64,000 nt of DNA from Octopus vulgaris (taxonomy: Eukaryota): the NCBI GenBank assembly GCA_951406725.2, contig OX597823.1:106454001-106518000 (forward strand). The letters run 5' to 3'. The number at the start of each line of letters is the position of its first letter. The stretch's first letter is position 1. The translations under genes were made by a program, and so were the position numbers. This document shows positions 1 through 14,337 of this stretch, in pieces. The notes under the pieces are model-generated. The model was not told where the DNA came from. It searched no databases and was given only the letters and a program-made list of their open reading frames with translations.

Positions 1-29
1 ATTTACACTTCTTTCGTAGGGTATATTTC

Positions 30-1080
30 TTCTTGTTATTGTTGTTGTTGATGTTATGTGAGTGTGAGTCATTGCTGTTGTTGTTGTTGTTGTTTTTGTT
101 GTTGTTGCAGATGTTCTTGTTTTTGTTTTTCTCGATGCTTTTGTTCTTACTTTTGTCATTGTTGCTATCGTTGTTGTTGCTTACGGTTTTACTACCGCTG
201 ATGGTGGCGTTCCAGTTGCTACTGTTGCTATTGTCATGTTGTTGTTGCTGTTTGTTTATTTGTTTGTTTGTTTGTTGAGCGAAGCGGTCTTCGTCCCAGA
301 GCTCGCAAGATCGCGCCTCTGTAGTGGGAGAAGTCTGAAACGTGGTCCTTTGCTATTTGTAAGACCCGCAGAAGAGAAAGCAGGTCAACCCCCGACACCG
401 GCAGCATCGACGGATGGATGAATGGGCATCCAGGCTCAGCGGTTGCGTAGGAAGTCGGGGACAAGAAACAGGAAGAAAGAGTGAGAGAAAGTTGGAGCGA
501 AAGAGCACAACAGGGGTCGTCACCACCCCCTGCCGGAGCCGAGTAGAGCTTTAGGTGTTTTCGCTCAATAAACACACACAACGCCCGGTCTGGAAATCGA
601 AACCGCGATCCTTCGACCGCGAGTTTGCTGCCCTAACCACTGGGCCATTGCGCCTCCTCGTTGTTGCTGTTGCTACTGTTGTTACCCTTTTGTTTTAGTT
701 GCTATTGCTATCATTGTAGATGCTATTACTACTGCTGCTACCATTATTGTTATTGCTAATGGTTTTAACATTGTTGTTGTTGTTGCTATTATAATTGCTG
801 TTGCTAACGGTTTTGCTATTGTTGGTTTTTCTGTTCCTCTTCCACTGGTTGCTATTATTATCGTTGTTGCTGTTCTTACTACTGCTGTTGCCATTGTTGC
901 TGTTCCAATTGTTACAGTTGTTATTGCTGTTGTTGCTAATGCTATTGCAATTGCTATTTTTATTCTTCAATTATTTGTTAACTTACTTTCTTTTTATTTA
1001 TGAGTGTAGTTAGTTACATCTCAGCATGTTTCTCTCTTTTTGTTGCTGTTGATGATGATAATGATGTTGTTCTTGGTGTA
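30..1080. repeat. Degenerate (GTT/GCT/ATT)n trinucleotide low-complexity tract, interrupted by a SINE at 277-657
   Basis: Visible GTT/GCT reiteration; produces the poly-Leu/poly-Asn ORFs in the track. Confidence 0.9.
277..657 (-). mobile_element. tRNA-derived SINE, family C (tRNA-Arg-like head, resembling octopus OR-type SINEs), full length
   Basis: Reverse complement starts GGAGGCGCAATGGCCCAGTGGTTAGG (A box) ... GGTTTCGATTTCC (B box); collinear with the copy at 35177-35545; (AAAC)n/(AAC)n tail. Confidence 0.85.
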
Positions 1081-1177
1081 GTTGATGTTGCTGTCGTAAT
1101 TCTGACCTGTTTGTTAATTTACGTATTTGCATAGTGTACAAGTATGATTGTATACACACACACAGACACAGACACAC

Positions 1178-1231
<54 letters not shown>

Positions 1232-1259
1232 AAAAGGGAGATGTGGAACACGAGTTGTG

Positions 1260-1753
<494 letters not shown>

Positions 1754-1789
1754 AGAACAAGATGTACGTTACGCCGCAATAATATATGT

Positions 1790-1957
1790 ATAAAAAATAT
1801 ATATAAAAATACAAAATGGGACAAGAACGCAAAACACTCAAAGAGACGACACAAAAAACGGACGGGTCGGCTTCGAATGACCCATCTGGTTTTTGTATCG
1901 TCTCTTTGAGTGTTTTGCGTTCTTGTCCCATTTTGTATTTTTATATATATTTTTTAT
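1790..1957. repeat. Fold-back palindrome with ~78-bp arms next to (TA)n
   Basis: ATACAAAATGGGACAAGAACGCAAAACACTCAAAGAGACG pairs with CGTCTCTTTGAGTGTTTTGCGTTCTTGTCCCATTTTGTAT; loop around CGGCTTCGAAT. Confidence 0.95.
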
Positions 1958-3029
1958 TCATATATATATACATGTATATATACATATATATGCATACATA
2001 TATATATATATATATGTATGTATGCATGTATGTATGTATGCATATATGTGTGTGTATGCGTATGAGTATATCTATGCATATGTCTGCGTGCGTGTGTATA
2101 TGTAAATATTTGTGTCTGTGATTTGTGTGCATGTATGCTTGTGCACATGCGTCTGAGAATGGGGATATATGGGTCTGCGTATACATATATATATATATAT
2201 ATATGTTCATGTGTGTGTATGTGTGCTTGCAAATATATATAGATGTGCGTCTGTGTCTGTATTTATATGTATGCATGTATGTATTTATGTATGTATATAT
2301 GTGTGTGTATATATGTATTCCTGTATGTATATATATGTGTGTGTGTGTATATGTATGTGTGTGTTTGTGTGTGAGTGTGTGTATGTATGTATATGTCTGG
2401 GAGTCTATGTACATATATATGGATGAGTCTGTGTGTTTATGTTTGGTGCCCCAGCATGGCCGCGGCCTTCGGGCTAAAACATTTCTAAGGATTTGAGGAT
2501 ATGTATGCATATATCCTTGCGTGCACGTCTGTACGTGCATGTATGTCTGTTACCCTAGTTTCGTAGTCTTGAAATTCCTGTTGTTGTTGTTGTTCATGAT
2601 TGTGTTCTGAAGAAATCGCTGTTGGTTTAGTTTTGTTGTGTATGCATGAGTGTTCACGAGTGTGTGTGTGACAATACGTATGAACGTGCATTTGTGTGTG
2701 TGTGTGTGTGTGTGTGCGTGCACGTGCATGTGTTTGTGTGTATGTGTATGAATATACGTGCAACAGTTGTATTAATTCTAGTTCGTAGCGATGTCTGCGT
2801 CGTATTTAACGACGATTCTTCATTTGTTGGCATACATGTTTATTAGTGTGTGTATGTGTGTATGGATGGATGGATAGATGTATGACTGGATGTATATTTA
2901 TCTATATATATGTAACATGTGTGTATGTGTGTGTATGTATGTATACACATGTGTTTTTACAGATATAGTGTGTCTATAAACATATATGTGTATACTCTGT
3001 GTGTCTGTGTATATGTGTATATGTGTGCG

Positions 3030-3605
3030 AGTATGTATGTCATGACTGTATGTCATGTATGTATGTATGTATGTATGTATGTATGTATGTCATGTATGTA
3101 TGTATGTATGTATGTATGTATGTATGTATGTATGTCATGTATGTATGTATGTATGTATGTATGTATGTATGTATGTATGTATGTATGTCATGACTGTATG
3201 TCATGTATGTATGTATGTATGTATGTATGTATGTGTGTATGTATGTATGTATGTCATGTATGTATGTATGTATGTATGTATTTATGTATGTCATGTATGT
3301 ATGTATGTATGTATGTATGTATGTATGTCATGTATGTATGTATGTATGTATGTATGTATGTATGTATGTATGTATGTCATGACTGTATGTCATGTATGTA
3401 TGTATGTATGTATGTATGTATGTGTGTGTGTATGTATGTATGTATGTCATGTATGTATGTATGTATGTATGTATTTATGTATGTCATGTATGTATGTATG
3501 TATGTATGTATGTATGTATGTATGTCATGTATGTATGTATGTATGTATGTATGTATGTATGTCATGACTGTATGTCATGTATGTATGTATGTATGTATGT
3601 ATGTG
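3030..3605. repeat. (TATG)n microsatellite with recurring TGTCA / TCATGACTGTATGTCA interruptions (higher-order repeat)
   Basis: The TCATGACTGTATGTCA variant recurs at ~3040, 3189, 3377 and 3562. Confidence 0.9.
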
Positions 3606-3944
3606 TGTATAAGCATGCAGATGTTTTTTCTGTTTTTTCTTTACACGTAACCGTTAATCTCGTACTCAACACGTTGCTTTGTGTTGTTCTTGTCTCTGTT
3701 GCAGTCGTTATTTTTGTTGTTGTTGTTGTTGTTGTTGTTGTTATTTTTACTGATGTTGTTTTTTTTTGCTCCTGCAATCGTAGTTCTTTTCATTTGCATG
3801 ATCTATTTCTCTGTTCGTATTCCGCGTAACTGCAATTTATCAACATCTGTGGTGTATGTAGTGGGCTTGGAGTTGGGGTTCATTAGAGACCGGAAGATTA
3901 GCGTGTACAGAGATGGTGTTTGGAGTAAAAGACAAGCAATATTC

Positions 3945-3980
<36 letters not shown>

Positions 3981-4409
3981 AAGAGAGAGACTAAGAATGG
4001 CCGAGGGAGGCAATAGTGAATGCACTTTTTAAGAAGAGGGGCAAAGTAGCAAACTTGTACTATATATGGAAACGATAGCAATACAAGTGCACACAGACAC
4101 GGAGACGCAGGCACACATACACACACACACACATAGACACGCAGATACACACACACACATTGACTAGACAGAAAATAGGAGACACGTAGGATAGAGAGTC
4201 ACTTAAGAGGTGACAGATGTGTGACGTAAGATCTCTAGACAATGGACATAAAATAAGGACAATAATAAACAAGTGAAAACAGAGCGCGTAGCACGTGTGT
4301 TTAGTTGGCAAAATTTTGCAATTGTCTCATGATACAGACGTAGACTTGCCCAAATTCATCAATAAATTAACACTGATTTTTTTTTTCACCGTTGTTACAG
4401 TCATCTGAA

Positions 4410-5447
4410 ATGGAACTATCAAAGCGCGATATTCGAGCAATTTTGCTATTCAACTTCAAAAAAGGATATAAAACAGCTGAAACTTCTCGTGATATCAACA
4501 AAACGTTTGATGAGGAAATGACCACTGAGTGGTCAGCTCGAAAATGGTTTAAGCGATTTCGCAGTGGAGAGCTGAGCTTTGAAAACCGTGAGCGTATTGG
4601 ACGCCCATCTGTCATCGATTGGCGGTCAATTAAAGACCATCATTGAGAAAGATCCACATAAACCACTCAAGAAGCAAAAGAACTTCGAGTTAGCCAGAAA
4701 ACTGTCTGCAACCATTTGCATGTGATCAGAAAATCAAAACAACTCGACAAATGGGTACCACATGATTTGAATAAAAATCAGAAAATGTGCAGATATGAAA
4801 TTTACTCGTCGATTCTTCTCCGAAACCAGACCGATCCTTTTCTCGACCATATTGTAACTTGCAATGAAAAGTGAATTCTGTACAAGCATAAAAAAAAAAA
4901 GAAAAATTTCTTCGCAGTGGTTGGACTAAAATGAAGCACCGAAAACCTTTCCTAAACCCGAACTCTTCAAAAAGAAGGTTATGGTGACTGTTTGGTGGTG
5001 TACTGCTGGACTCAATCACTACAACTTCTTAAAACATTGAATAAACCATTACTGCAGATACATATTGCCATGAAATTGTCAAAATGAACGAAAAACTGCT
5101 ACTCTTCCGTCCCAGACTGGTCAACAGAAGCAGGCCAATCATTCTTCATGACAACGCTTGAGCACGCGTTTCACTAATGACGCTCCAGAAGCGGAGGGAA
5201 CTTGACTACAGAGTTCTTCCCCACCCAACTTATTCCCTAGACCTTTCTCCTACCGACTACCACTTTTTCAAGCACATTGATGGTTTCCTGCGGGAGAAGG
5301 AGTTTAAAAATCAAACCGATGCTGAAAGTGCGTTCAAAAAAGTTCATCAGCTCCAGAACTTCAGATTCTTATGTTACCGGAATAAACAAACTTGTAACTC
5401 ATTGTCAAAAATGTGCTGATTGTAATGTTGCTTACTTTGATGAATAA
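4410..5447 (+). pseudogene. Decayed mariner (DD34D) transposase, copy 1
   Basis: MELSKRDIRAILLFNFKKG...WFKRFRSG (HTH), WVPHDL at ~4752, HDNA, YSLDLSPTDYHFF (YSPDL motif); multiple frameshifts and stops. Confidence 0.93.
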
Positions 5448-5484
5448 AATTTCCGCATTGTTGATATATATATATATATATATA

Positions 5485-6666
5485 TAAGTTCCCGCCGTTT
5501 TTTTTTATTTAAATTTTTAAAAGGTTTAATTTAAAAAATAACAACTAATTGAATGATAATGTATTCACTCTTGTTGTTTACAACTTCTTTCCAACGTTCA
5601 ACAATATTTTCAATAGCTTGTTGGTAGAAATCACCCAATTTCGAGTCGAAAAATTGATCCAACCAAGCTCTCAATCGTGCATCAGTATTGGACGAAACTC
5701 CACGCATCCCATTTGAAAGAGATCGAAAGGGGTGGAAATCCGCTGATGCTAAATCAGGAGAGTACGGCGTGTGTGGCAGCACTTCCCAGCCATGCATTTG
5801 AATGGCTTCCTTGCTCATATTGGCGATATGAGGGCGGTTAGGTCTTTTCTCTTGAATAGCTGTATTGAGCCGTTCCATCTGTTGAACATAGAGTTCCGCA
5901 TTGATCGTTTGGTTCTGTTCAATCAATTCGTAATTGATAATCCCTTCCCAGTCCCACAATAGCACAGAATCGTTTTTTGCGGATGAAGATCTTGTTTCAC
6001 GTTTGGTGTCGCTTGTTTATCGGGCTAAGCTATTCCTTACGCTGCTTCATATTGATGTACAGGCACCATTTTTCGTCGCCAGTAACGATTCGGTAAAGGA
6101 ATCGTTGCTCGTGTCCATGAGTTGAACGGTGACGAGCGGTGACGAGATTGTGGCTCGTTGATTTTTGATGTCACTTAAAGCATGCAGAATCCATGCTCCA
6201 TACTTCTGAACCTTTGCCGTCGAGTGAAGATGCTTCTCTACAGCAGTGTGGGAGCAATCCATTTTCTCTGCCAGTTCCCTTGTCGTTTGACGAGAATTTT
6301 CGTGCAAAAGTTGGTTTAATCGCTCTTCATCGAACTCAACTGGACGACCAGAACGAGGGGCGTCTTTGATGTCAAAATTTCCATTTTTGAATCACAAGCA
6401 GTTCTTTCAGCTATGGCACCCTCTCCATACACAGCTCAAATATCGCGAGCAGCTTTTGCGGCCTTCGAACCTTGATTAAAAGCGAAAGAAGGAGGTGTCG
6501 AAAACGCTCGTTTTTCTTAACTTGTCATTCTATTTTAATGATCTGAAAATAAACAAAAAAATAACTAAAAATAACGAGAAGAAAGCAAAATGGACTCCAA
6601 AATGATTCAAAAATAGAATTCTCGAAAAAATAGATTAAAAAAAACGGCGAGAACTTAGTTGCCAAC

Positions 6667-6670
<4 letters not shown>
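5485..6670 (-). mobile_element. Decayed mariner transposon, copy 2, with mellifera-like TIR (TTGGGTTGGCAACTAAGTT...)
   Basis: 5' TIR (reverse complement of ~6640-6670) TTGGGTTGGCAACTAAGTTCTCGCCGTTTTTT matches AAGTTCCCGCCGTTTTTT at 5486, whose outer tip is lost; transposase remnants FRHLLLFAFNQGSKAAKAARDI, WILHALS, WDWEGIINYEL, PYSPDLASADFH; (TA)n on both sides. Confidence 0.93.
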
Positions 6671-6716
<46 letters not shown>

Positions 6717-7293
6717 TATGTATTTACATATATATACATATATATATACGTGCGTTTTTTTTTTTTCTCTGTCTGTATACGCTAAAATCTGAGGGCTGTA
6801 TTTCCTACTATTCCTTTCTAGCCAGCGAATTCTCCCACTGCTGCAGAATTATTCATACTGAGTCAATAACAAACAAAACAAGATGGACCTTTACCAAAAT
6901 ATTTGCACAATAAGTCGTCTAATGACGAGCCTTCTTCTTCGACCCTGATGAAAGGGCGGATGTCAAGTATTCCGAAGCCACTTCTGTGTTAAAACAAATT
7001 TTGCATAAAGCAAATTTGTAAGAGATTACCACTCAAGCGTAATTCTGTAAACGCTTGAATGGGCGGCAAAAATAAACAATAACAACAAATCAAAAATAAT
7101 GACAACAGCAAAAACAACAACAATATTGAAAATAATAACCTTCATTAGCCACTAAAATTTTAAAAATACAAGTGGAGTTTACTAAGGTGTAAGAGTGAGA
7201 CAGAAAAGATATTCAAAGACGAGGGGTGAAAGATGATGTACGTTAAATAACAGGACGAATTTAAAATCACAAAAAACATTAGTTATTATAAAA

Positions 7294-7660
7294 TATTCTT
7301 TTCTACTCTAGGTACAGGGCCCGAAATTTTGAGGGAGGAGGCCAGTCGATTAGATTGACCCCAGTACACAGTTGGTACCTAATTTATCGATCCCGAAATG
7401 ATGAAAGGCAAAGTCGACCTCGGCGGAGTTTGAACTCAGAACGTAAAGACAGACAACATACCGCTAAGCATTTCGCCCGGTGTGCTAACGTTTCTTTTGT
7501 ACTCTAGGCACAAGGCCCGAGATTTGGGAGGGGGGAAGGGGCCAGTCGATTAGATCGACTCCAGTACGTAACTGGTACTTAATTTATCGACCCCGAAATG
7601 ATGAAAGGCAAAGTCGACCTCGGCCGAACTTGAACTCAGAACGTAAAGACAGACGAAATA
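7294..7660 (-). mobile_element. Two tandem copies of SINE family A (tRNA-like head + Meta/MESC-like core)
   Basis: Core GAAAGGCAAAGTCGACCTCGGC...TTGAACTCAGAACGT occurs twice; both copies carry the AGGCCCGAAATTT-type tail. Confidence 0.85.
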
Positions 7661-7835
7661 GTTTAGTGGGTTATTTTCAAAACGAAGGCAGCGAATCGGT
7701 GAAGTCTTTACGGCAATAGGTCCCGATGTGTCTTGGACATCGTCACCCTGTCTCACGATGTACAAGAAACCCTCGTTGAACAAACATTGACCACGACGAC
7801 AACAACAACTACTACTGCTGCTGCTAATTACGACT

Positions 7836-7836
7836 T

Positions 7837-7910
<74 letters not shown>

Positions 7911-7925
7911 TGTAGTAGTAGTAGT
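7836..7925. repeat. (GTA)n microsatellite
   Basis: Direct inspection. Confidence 0.95.
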
Positions 7926-8384
7926 AATTATAATTATAATCATAATAATAATGATTTAAGCCCTGGGCAACCTTAACTAATGTCTACTACACAGGGAAGC
8001 GCAGACAACCTTGGTTAGTAACAGAAGCAGGCCATGCGACTTCGTAGTTGTTCTTTTTGGCATAAGGTATATGGATCTCAGGAAATTTGACAAGAAATAA
8101 CAATCCAGAAAATAAGGATATCATGAAGTAAAGGTGGCAGATGTGAGACATTCGTTATCCATATGATAACAATGAATATTGATCTGTTAATATAAGAATG
8201 GACAAACACGCACTTCAATAACAATTTAAGTGCTTAATTCGAGCTCTTTTCTTTGGTTACCAGACTTTATCTCATAAATCAATGCTTATTTGATTTCAGT
8301 CGAACTTTTATTCTTTAGTCAAATTAAATGAGAAAATTACAAAATACAACTAAAATCTTAAGTAAGAAAAAGGGGACTGCAAGA

Positions 8385-8650
8385 AAAAATATTCCTCTGA
8401 TATTTATCAGTCTCATCCAAACAAGGAACGCTACTTTATCTATTCCTTGTAAGGTTGAATATGTTTGAGAGGAAATGAAAATCTTCGAACAAAGGCAAGT
8501 GGCTACTTTGGACAGGAAACAACGATATTATACATAATACTATCTTAACTGACGTGCGTGTATTGTAGAATATCAGAAAACGATGGCATTCCTCGTAAGA
8601 AAACATTTAATTTATATGTACACTGTTAAAAGCCTCAAAGTTCTGAAACA
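8385..8650 (+). pseudogene. Possible highly decayed Penelope-like reverse transcriptase fragment
   Basis: Frameshifted traces SDI(I)SL.PN (motif-A-like) and IFEQRQVA (motif-B-like) in the expected order; weak. Confidence 0.3.
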
Positions 8651-9037
8651 TATCATTAGGAGATGAAAAGCATCCAGCAACGGCGATGGATTTGTTAAAT
8701 TTAGGTTTGTTTCGTTGATACTCATCAGTAGTAAGTAACCACTAGCAACCGCATTCTTAGGTACTTTTATCTTTTACTGATAGAAAAGACAATGACTAGC
8801 AAATCACTGGTGTCACAGTTAGCCAGCATGCTGCATAAAAATTTGTGTGTGTGATCTAATTTGGACTTTAATGGAATGAATGTTTGCGAGAGAGAGCTGC
8901 TAAATATTTGATATGCAGATTGAACCTTCGTCCTCACACCTTAATTCCCATGCTACCGCTATCCCAGTCGAGTATTTAAATTAAACACACAAACGCAAGT
9001 ACACCCTCACACACTAATATTTAGAATTACACACACA

Positions 9038-9095
<58 letters not shown>

Positions 9096-9252
9096 TATAT
9101 AAATATATATATATATATATAAATATATATATATAAGCGTTTATATATTCATATTGACATAAATACATAAAATTAATATGTATACGTATTAGCATTTATG
9201 GATATGTACACAAGCATATACAAGCGCGAGCATACACACATATGCTCACGCG

Positions 9253-9286
<34 letters not shown>

Positions 9287-10434
9287 TTATTTATACCCAC
9301 CAAGTTCGTGACGAGATTTTGTTCAGCTTGAATGCCGCCATGTCACTCCTATTACGTCATTATTACCCTTCAAATACCACAAACCGCAAATCTGTCGCAA
9401 TATTTTCCTCCATTTTCCCCACTCCATTTCCTCTTGAAGATCTCCACTTTTGTAGTTTTTATAGATTCCAGGACTGTTTGACCAAAATTTCATCTTTCCC
9501 GTTATCTTTCGGTTCGTCTCTTTTACTTCTAACTATTTTATTTTCTTACACTCCTTCCCTGTGTCTGCTTCTTCTTTCGTTTTCTTTGTCCACTTCCATT
9601 TCTGTTTAACTATCTCATCCTTTCTGTCTCCCACTCATTCTTTCATTTTATTTCACCCTCTTCCTCTCTCTCTTTCTGCCTTTCTTTCACTCATCCTGTC
9701 TCTTTCTCTCTCTCTCCCTCTCAGTCTGTCTCTCTTTCTCAATCTTTTATCATCATACCTACACACCGTTCCTTCCATAAACACCAAGAACATTGAGGTC
9801 TGTTATCTCTTGAGAGTTTAATCTTGCGTGAACACCAAATGTCTACCCCCACTCCGCTCTGTTCTTCATTCTTACAGAATTACAAAACTCTATCCTGCTA
9901 TCAAAATTCTAAGAAAAAATATAATTATGAAACTAAAACACAGTCCTTCAGCCGAGCCTTTTCACACATCAAAAAATTTCGAATAAATAACAATATACAA
10001 AACCGAATAAAAGTATAAAGGGGACCACTTCAAGAGAGAGAACATTTACTTAATGTTTCATTATTAACTTACGGTTTGTAATCCCCTAATTAATAACACA
10101 TTATTTCTTTTAATCATATATATTTTTTATTCAATTCTTCTCCACCAACCCTTCCAAACACCACCAAACTCCCCTAAATTTGAGGACAGAGAATACTTAG
10201 CATACATAAATAAATATTGTTTCTTAACTTCTGCATATCGACCAGACAGGGAAAGTGTGCTGATTCGAACGTAAATTTCCACAATTTGATCAACAGCTAT
10301 TGGGAATTCACTGTGTAAGCAATAACAACGGCAACGTCATCACCGGTGGTAACAACGATGATGGTGATGATGATGATGATGATGGCATCGGCGATGATGA
10401 GAATGGTGGTGATTAATGATGATAAAATAATGTT

Positions 10435-10439
10435 TTCTT

Positions 10440-10499
<60 letters not shown>

Positions 10500-10551
10500 G
10501 ATAATGATGATAATAATAATAATATTAATAATAATGATGATAATATTAATG

Positions 10552-10621
<70 letters not shown>

Positions 10622-10725
10622 TAATAATAATGATAATGATAATAATAATAATGATAATAATAATAATAATAATAACAATAATAATAATAACAATAATAAT
10701 AATAATAATAATAATAATATAAAGT
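10435..10725. repeat. (AAT)n microsatellite with ATG/AAC variants
   Basis: Direct inspection. Confidence 0.95.
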
Positions 10726-11317
10726 AAATAATGATGATAATGAATATGAGGATTACAAGGATCATTATGATCATGATCATGATCATCATCAGGATCATAA
10801 TCATCATCATTATTATCATTAAGGCTAAAAAATAATAAATTAATAAATAAAATAAAGATAAAAACAACGAACAACAAACGATTACCAACAACAGAGCGTC
10901 CTTCTGAAATGTGTGGTGAAGGGGTGTGACACACTCAGGAAGAGTTAATTAATAAAGTTAATCAAAGGCAAGTTTTCTTACCCCCGTCTCACCCCAACCC
11001 TTACCCCTTCTTGTTCATGAGAATTATACAGATATATAATTAGATAGAAAAATACTTACTCTCGCTAATCAATAAGCAATTGCCGATGAGAGTGGCGGTG
11101 GGGGGGGGTTATAGGTGTGTGTGGGTGTGTAGGGGGGTCTGTTCCCTGTTCTATCCGTTTGTAGTCCATTCCTCTATGTTATGTTTTGCTTCTTTTAATT
11201 CTTGGTTTATCTCAGACAAAATAGCTAATGGATCATTTATTAAAAAAAAAAATAACATCGTAAACGGACACTTAGCAGTGTATAGGCATATGTATACATA
11301 CTTATACATGCGTTTAA

Positions 11318-11358
<41 letters not shown>

Positions 11359-11397
11359 CATACACATATATACACATATATATATGTATATATATAC

Positions 11398-11430
<33 letters not shown>

Positions 11431-11449
11431 CATATATACATATATATAC

Positions 11450-11483
<34 letters not shown>

Positions 11484-11491
11484 GTATATAC

Positions 11492-11543
<52 letters not shown>

Positions 11544-12445
11544 GTGTGTATGTATGCATGTGTTTTGTGTGGGGGGTGGTATGTTCAACATACTTTCGGC
11601 CGATGTTTGTGGCTATCTTGCACTGGTGTGCAATATCGGCTCAAAGAAACGGGATTTACGAAACTTATTAGTTATTGTTATGCAATCTAGGGTACTAATA
11701 TACATGCGTGTGTGTGTGTTTGTTTGTTTGTTTGCGCGCACGTGTGCGTTTGTGTGTGTGTGTATGTATGTATGTGTATTCTTTTACTTGTTTCAGTCAT
11801 GTGACTGCAGTCATGCTGAAGCACTGCGTACATATATATATTTACGTATGTAGAGCACCGTGTACATTTATATATTTATGTATGTGTGTATGATTGTGCA
11901 TTTGTATTTGATCCTCAACGTCAAATCTAAACTTTAGCATACTTACATAATTAAAAATCAGAGAATTACTAAGTAAATGTAGAATACTCTAACAAGGTTT
12001 GCCGTAGAAAAATAGTAATATTCACAACTGGAATTTCTCAGAAGCATTATGCAAATGAAAAGGCAATACTGACATACAAAGATTTTTAAAAATACAATCT
12101 TCCTCTATCTATTTCAAAACTGTGACGCTACCCACAGGTAAAGAAATAATTCCATAGGAGAGATTTGGTTCATTTTTAGAAGAAATCCAACTTTAAATAT
12201 CTCATTTCAAGGAGTTGTTTAAGAGCCCGTATATGAATGTAGTTGAAACCTTAATTTCAAAGTAAATAAATACAATGTCCATTCCTAAGAAATAGTAAAA
12301 TTAGAAGTTCGTTATTTACTCATCATAGATGCTGACGACCTTATTAACTTGTAATTTGTGTCTAGTACTAACATTTCCAACTTATGCTCTGTTTCCCCAA
12401 CAACATACTTGTAACATTTTTACACTCTCCTGTCTCTTTATTTTA

Positions 12446-12621
12446 TATTTCTTTATTGCCCACAGGGGGCTAAACACAGAGGGGACAAACAAGGACAAAG
12501 GGATTAAGTTGATTACATTGACTCCAGTGCATAACTGGTACTTATTTAATCAAACCCGAAAAGATGAAAGTCAAAGTCGTCTCCGGCGGAATTTTGAACT
12601 CAGAACGTGATGGCAGACGAA
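12446..12621 (-). mobile_element. SINE family A, partial
   Basis: GAAAGTCAAAGTCGTCTCCGGCGGAATTTTGAACTCAGAACG core plus CCCACAGGGGGCTAAACACAGAGGGGACAAAC tail. Confidence 0.8.
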
Positions 12622-12866
12622 AAATTTTGCAGACATCTTAATTTTATTCAACTTTGCAATTAGTCTGGCCCCTTTTCAGTCCTCACAACTCTCACTCCTT
12701 GAAAAACATTGGTTTCGATAATGATTTAAACTTCAACGAATTTTACACAACACAGTTAACTGCAAGGCTTTAGGTGTTTAATGTATTATACTCGTGACCT
12801 TAAAGTATAATATCACGAAGTTTTATGTACGTGTAATATGGAAACTTGAGTTTTATAGACATAAAT

Positions 12867-12981
12867 ACTGTCATCGTGACGACGGTATTCACCCAGTTCT
12901 CCCTGCCACCCACCGCCCCTAACCCCTATCCCCTACTTCTCTTTTCTCCGCTGTCATCACTTTCATATGATATTTGAAGCC

Positions 12982-13057
<76 letters not shown>

Positions 13058-13911
13058 GTTAACTGTGACAAGCTAACTTAGAATTTCTCTCTAATCAAAA
13101 AATTACTATCAACAATATTTTCAAATCAGAATTAACAAGGACAAAACACTCGCTTCCTCTTGTTACTTAAAACAAATTACTTTAATACATCACCATCCGT
13201 CTTTTATTTATTTAGTCATGATTTACTTGTGCTGGTATCCGAAAATGGTTTCTGGTTCAGTGTAACACCAGACAGGCGTGAGAGGTAAAGCACTTTCGTC
13301 TGCTGGCCAATAACCAATCTAACCGTCTCAAACTAACACTAACTCGAGACAATAGGAGACGAGGATGTAGAACTGTAGTGTCTGCAAGTTAGCAAGGTCT
13401 GTCTGTGTGTTGTTAACTTACGCAAAGATGACAACCTCTGAACTGAATTAATATATTAGTAAGGGTTAACAAGATTAGAGTCTGGACTATTCTGACCTAT
13501 CGTCATTGGATAGGAGTCAAATCATAATGATTTTATATTCACTAGGATAACACATTAATGTGCACATCCATACTTAGCCGCACACACAGGTCCACACTCT
13601 CACAAATATAAATACGTAAATACGCACACATATTTATAAAATACAAACATACGTATATTATCTACACATTCACACGCACATAAACACACACACAAGCAGA
13701 CAAGGAAACGCACAAGCACCTGTAAAATACATATAATCGCAGTGTATACACAGCTACACATGCAGTAGTATACACACATAACATTTTACATACGTATCAC
13801 TCTCATTATCTCTATCTGTCTCTCTCCTTTCTTTCTGCGGCCCCTTACCTTTTCACAATATACGTGTGTTTATGTAGGCTTGTACATGTATATCTATGTA
13901 TGTGTGTGTGA

Positions 13912-13955
<44 letters not shown>

Positions 13956-13974
13956 ATATATATATATGTATATA

Positions 13975-14028
<54 letters not shown>

Positions 14029-14248
14029 TATACATATATATATGTATATATATATATTTATATATATCTATCTATCTATCTATCTATCTATCAATATATA
14101 TATATATATGCGCACACATACATATACACACACAGACATATATATATTTTATATATATATATATATGTATGTATATATATACATATATACATATATATAC
14201 ATATATATATATGTATGTATATATATACATATATACATATATATACGC

Positions 14249-14337
<89 letters not shown>

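Noticed and set aside
6945-6985. CTGATGA...CGGA/TCCG...GAAGC hammerhead-like string
   Set aside because: GAAA is broken, and there is no NUH site, no stem I and no second copy in the window.
8250-8272. miR-9-like start TCTTTGGTTA
   Set aside because: The match ends after 10 nt and there is no precursor hairpin.
8709-8728. Minus-strand CTGATGA-GTATCAAC-GAAAC, a perfect minimal hammerhead core
   Set aside because: No GUH cleavage triplet closing stem III and no stem I complementarity; a single hit of this size is plausible by chance.
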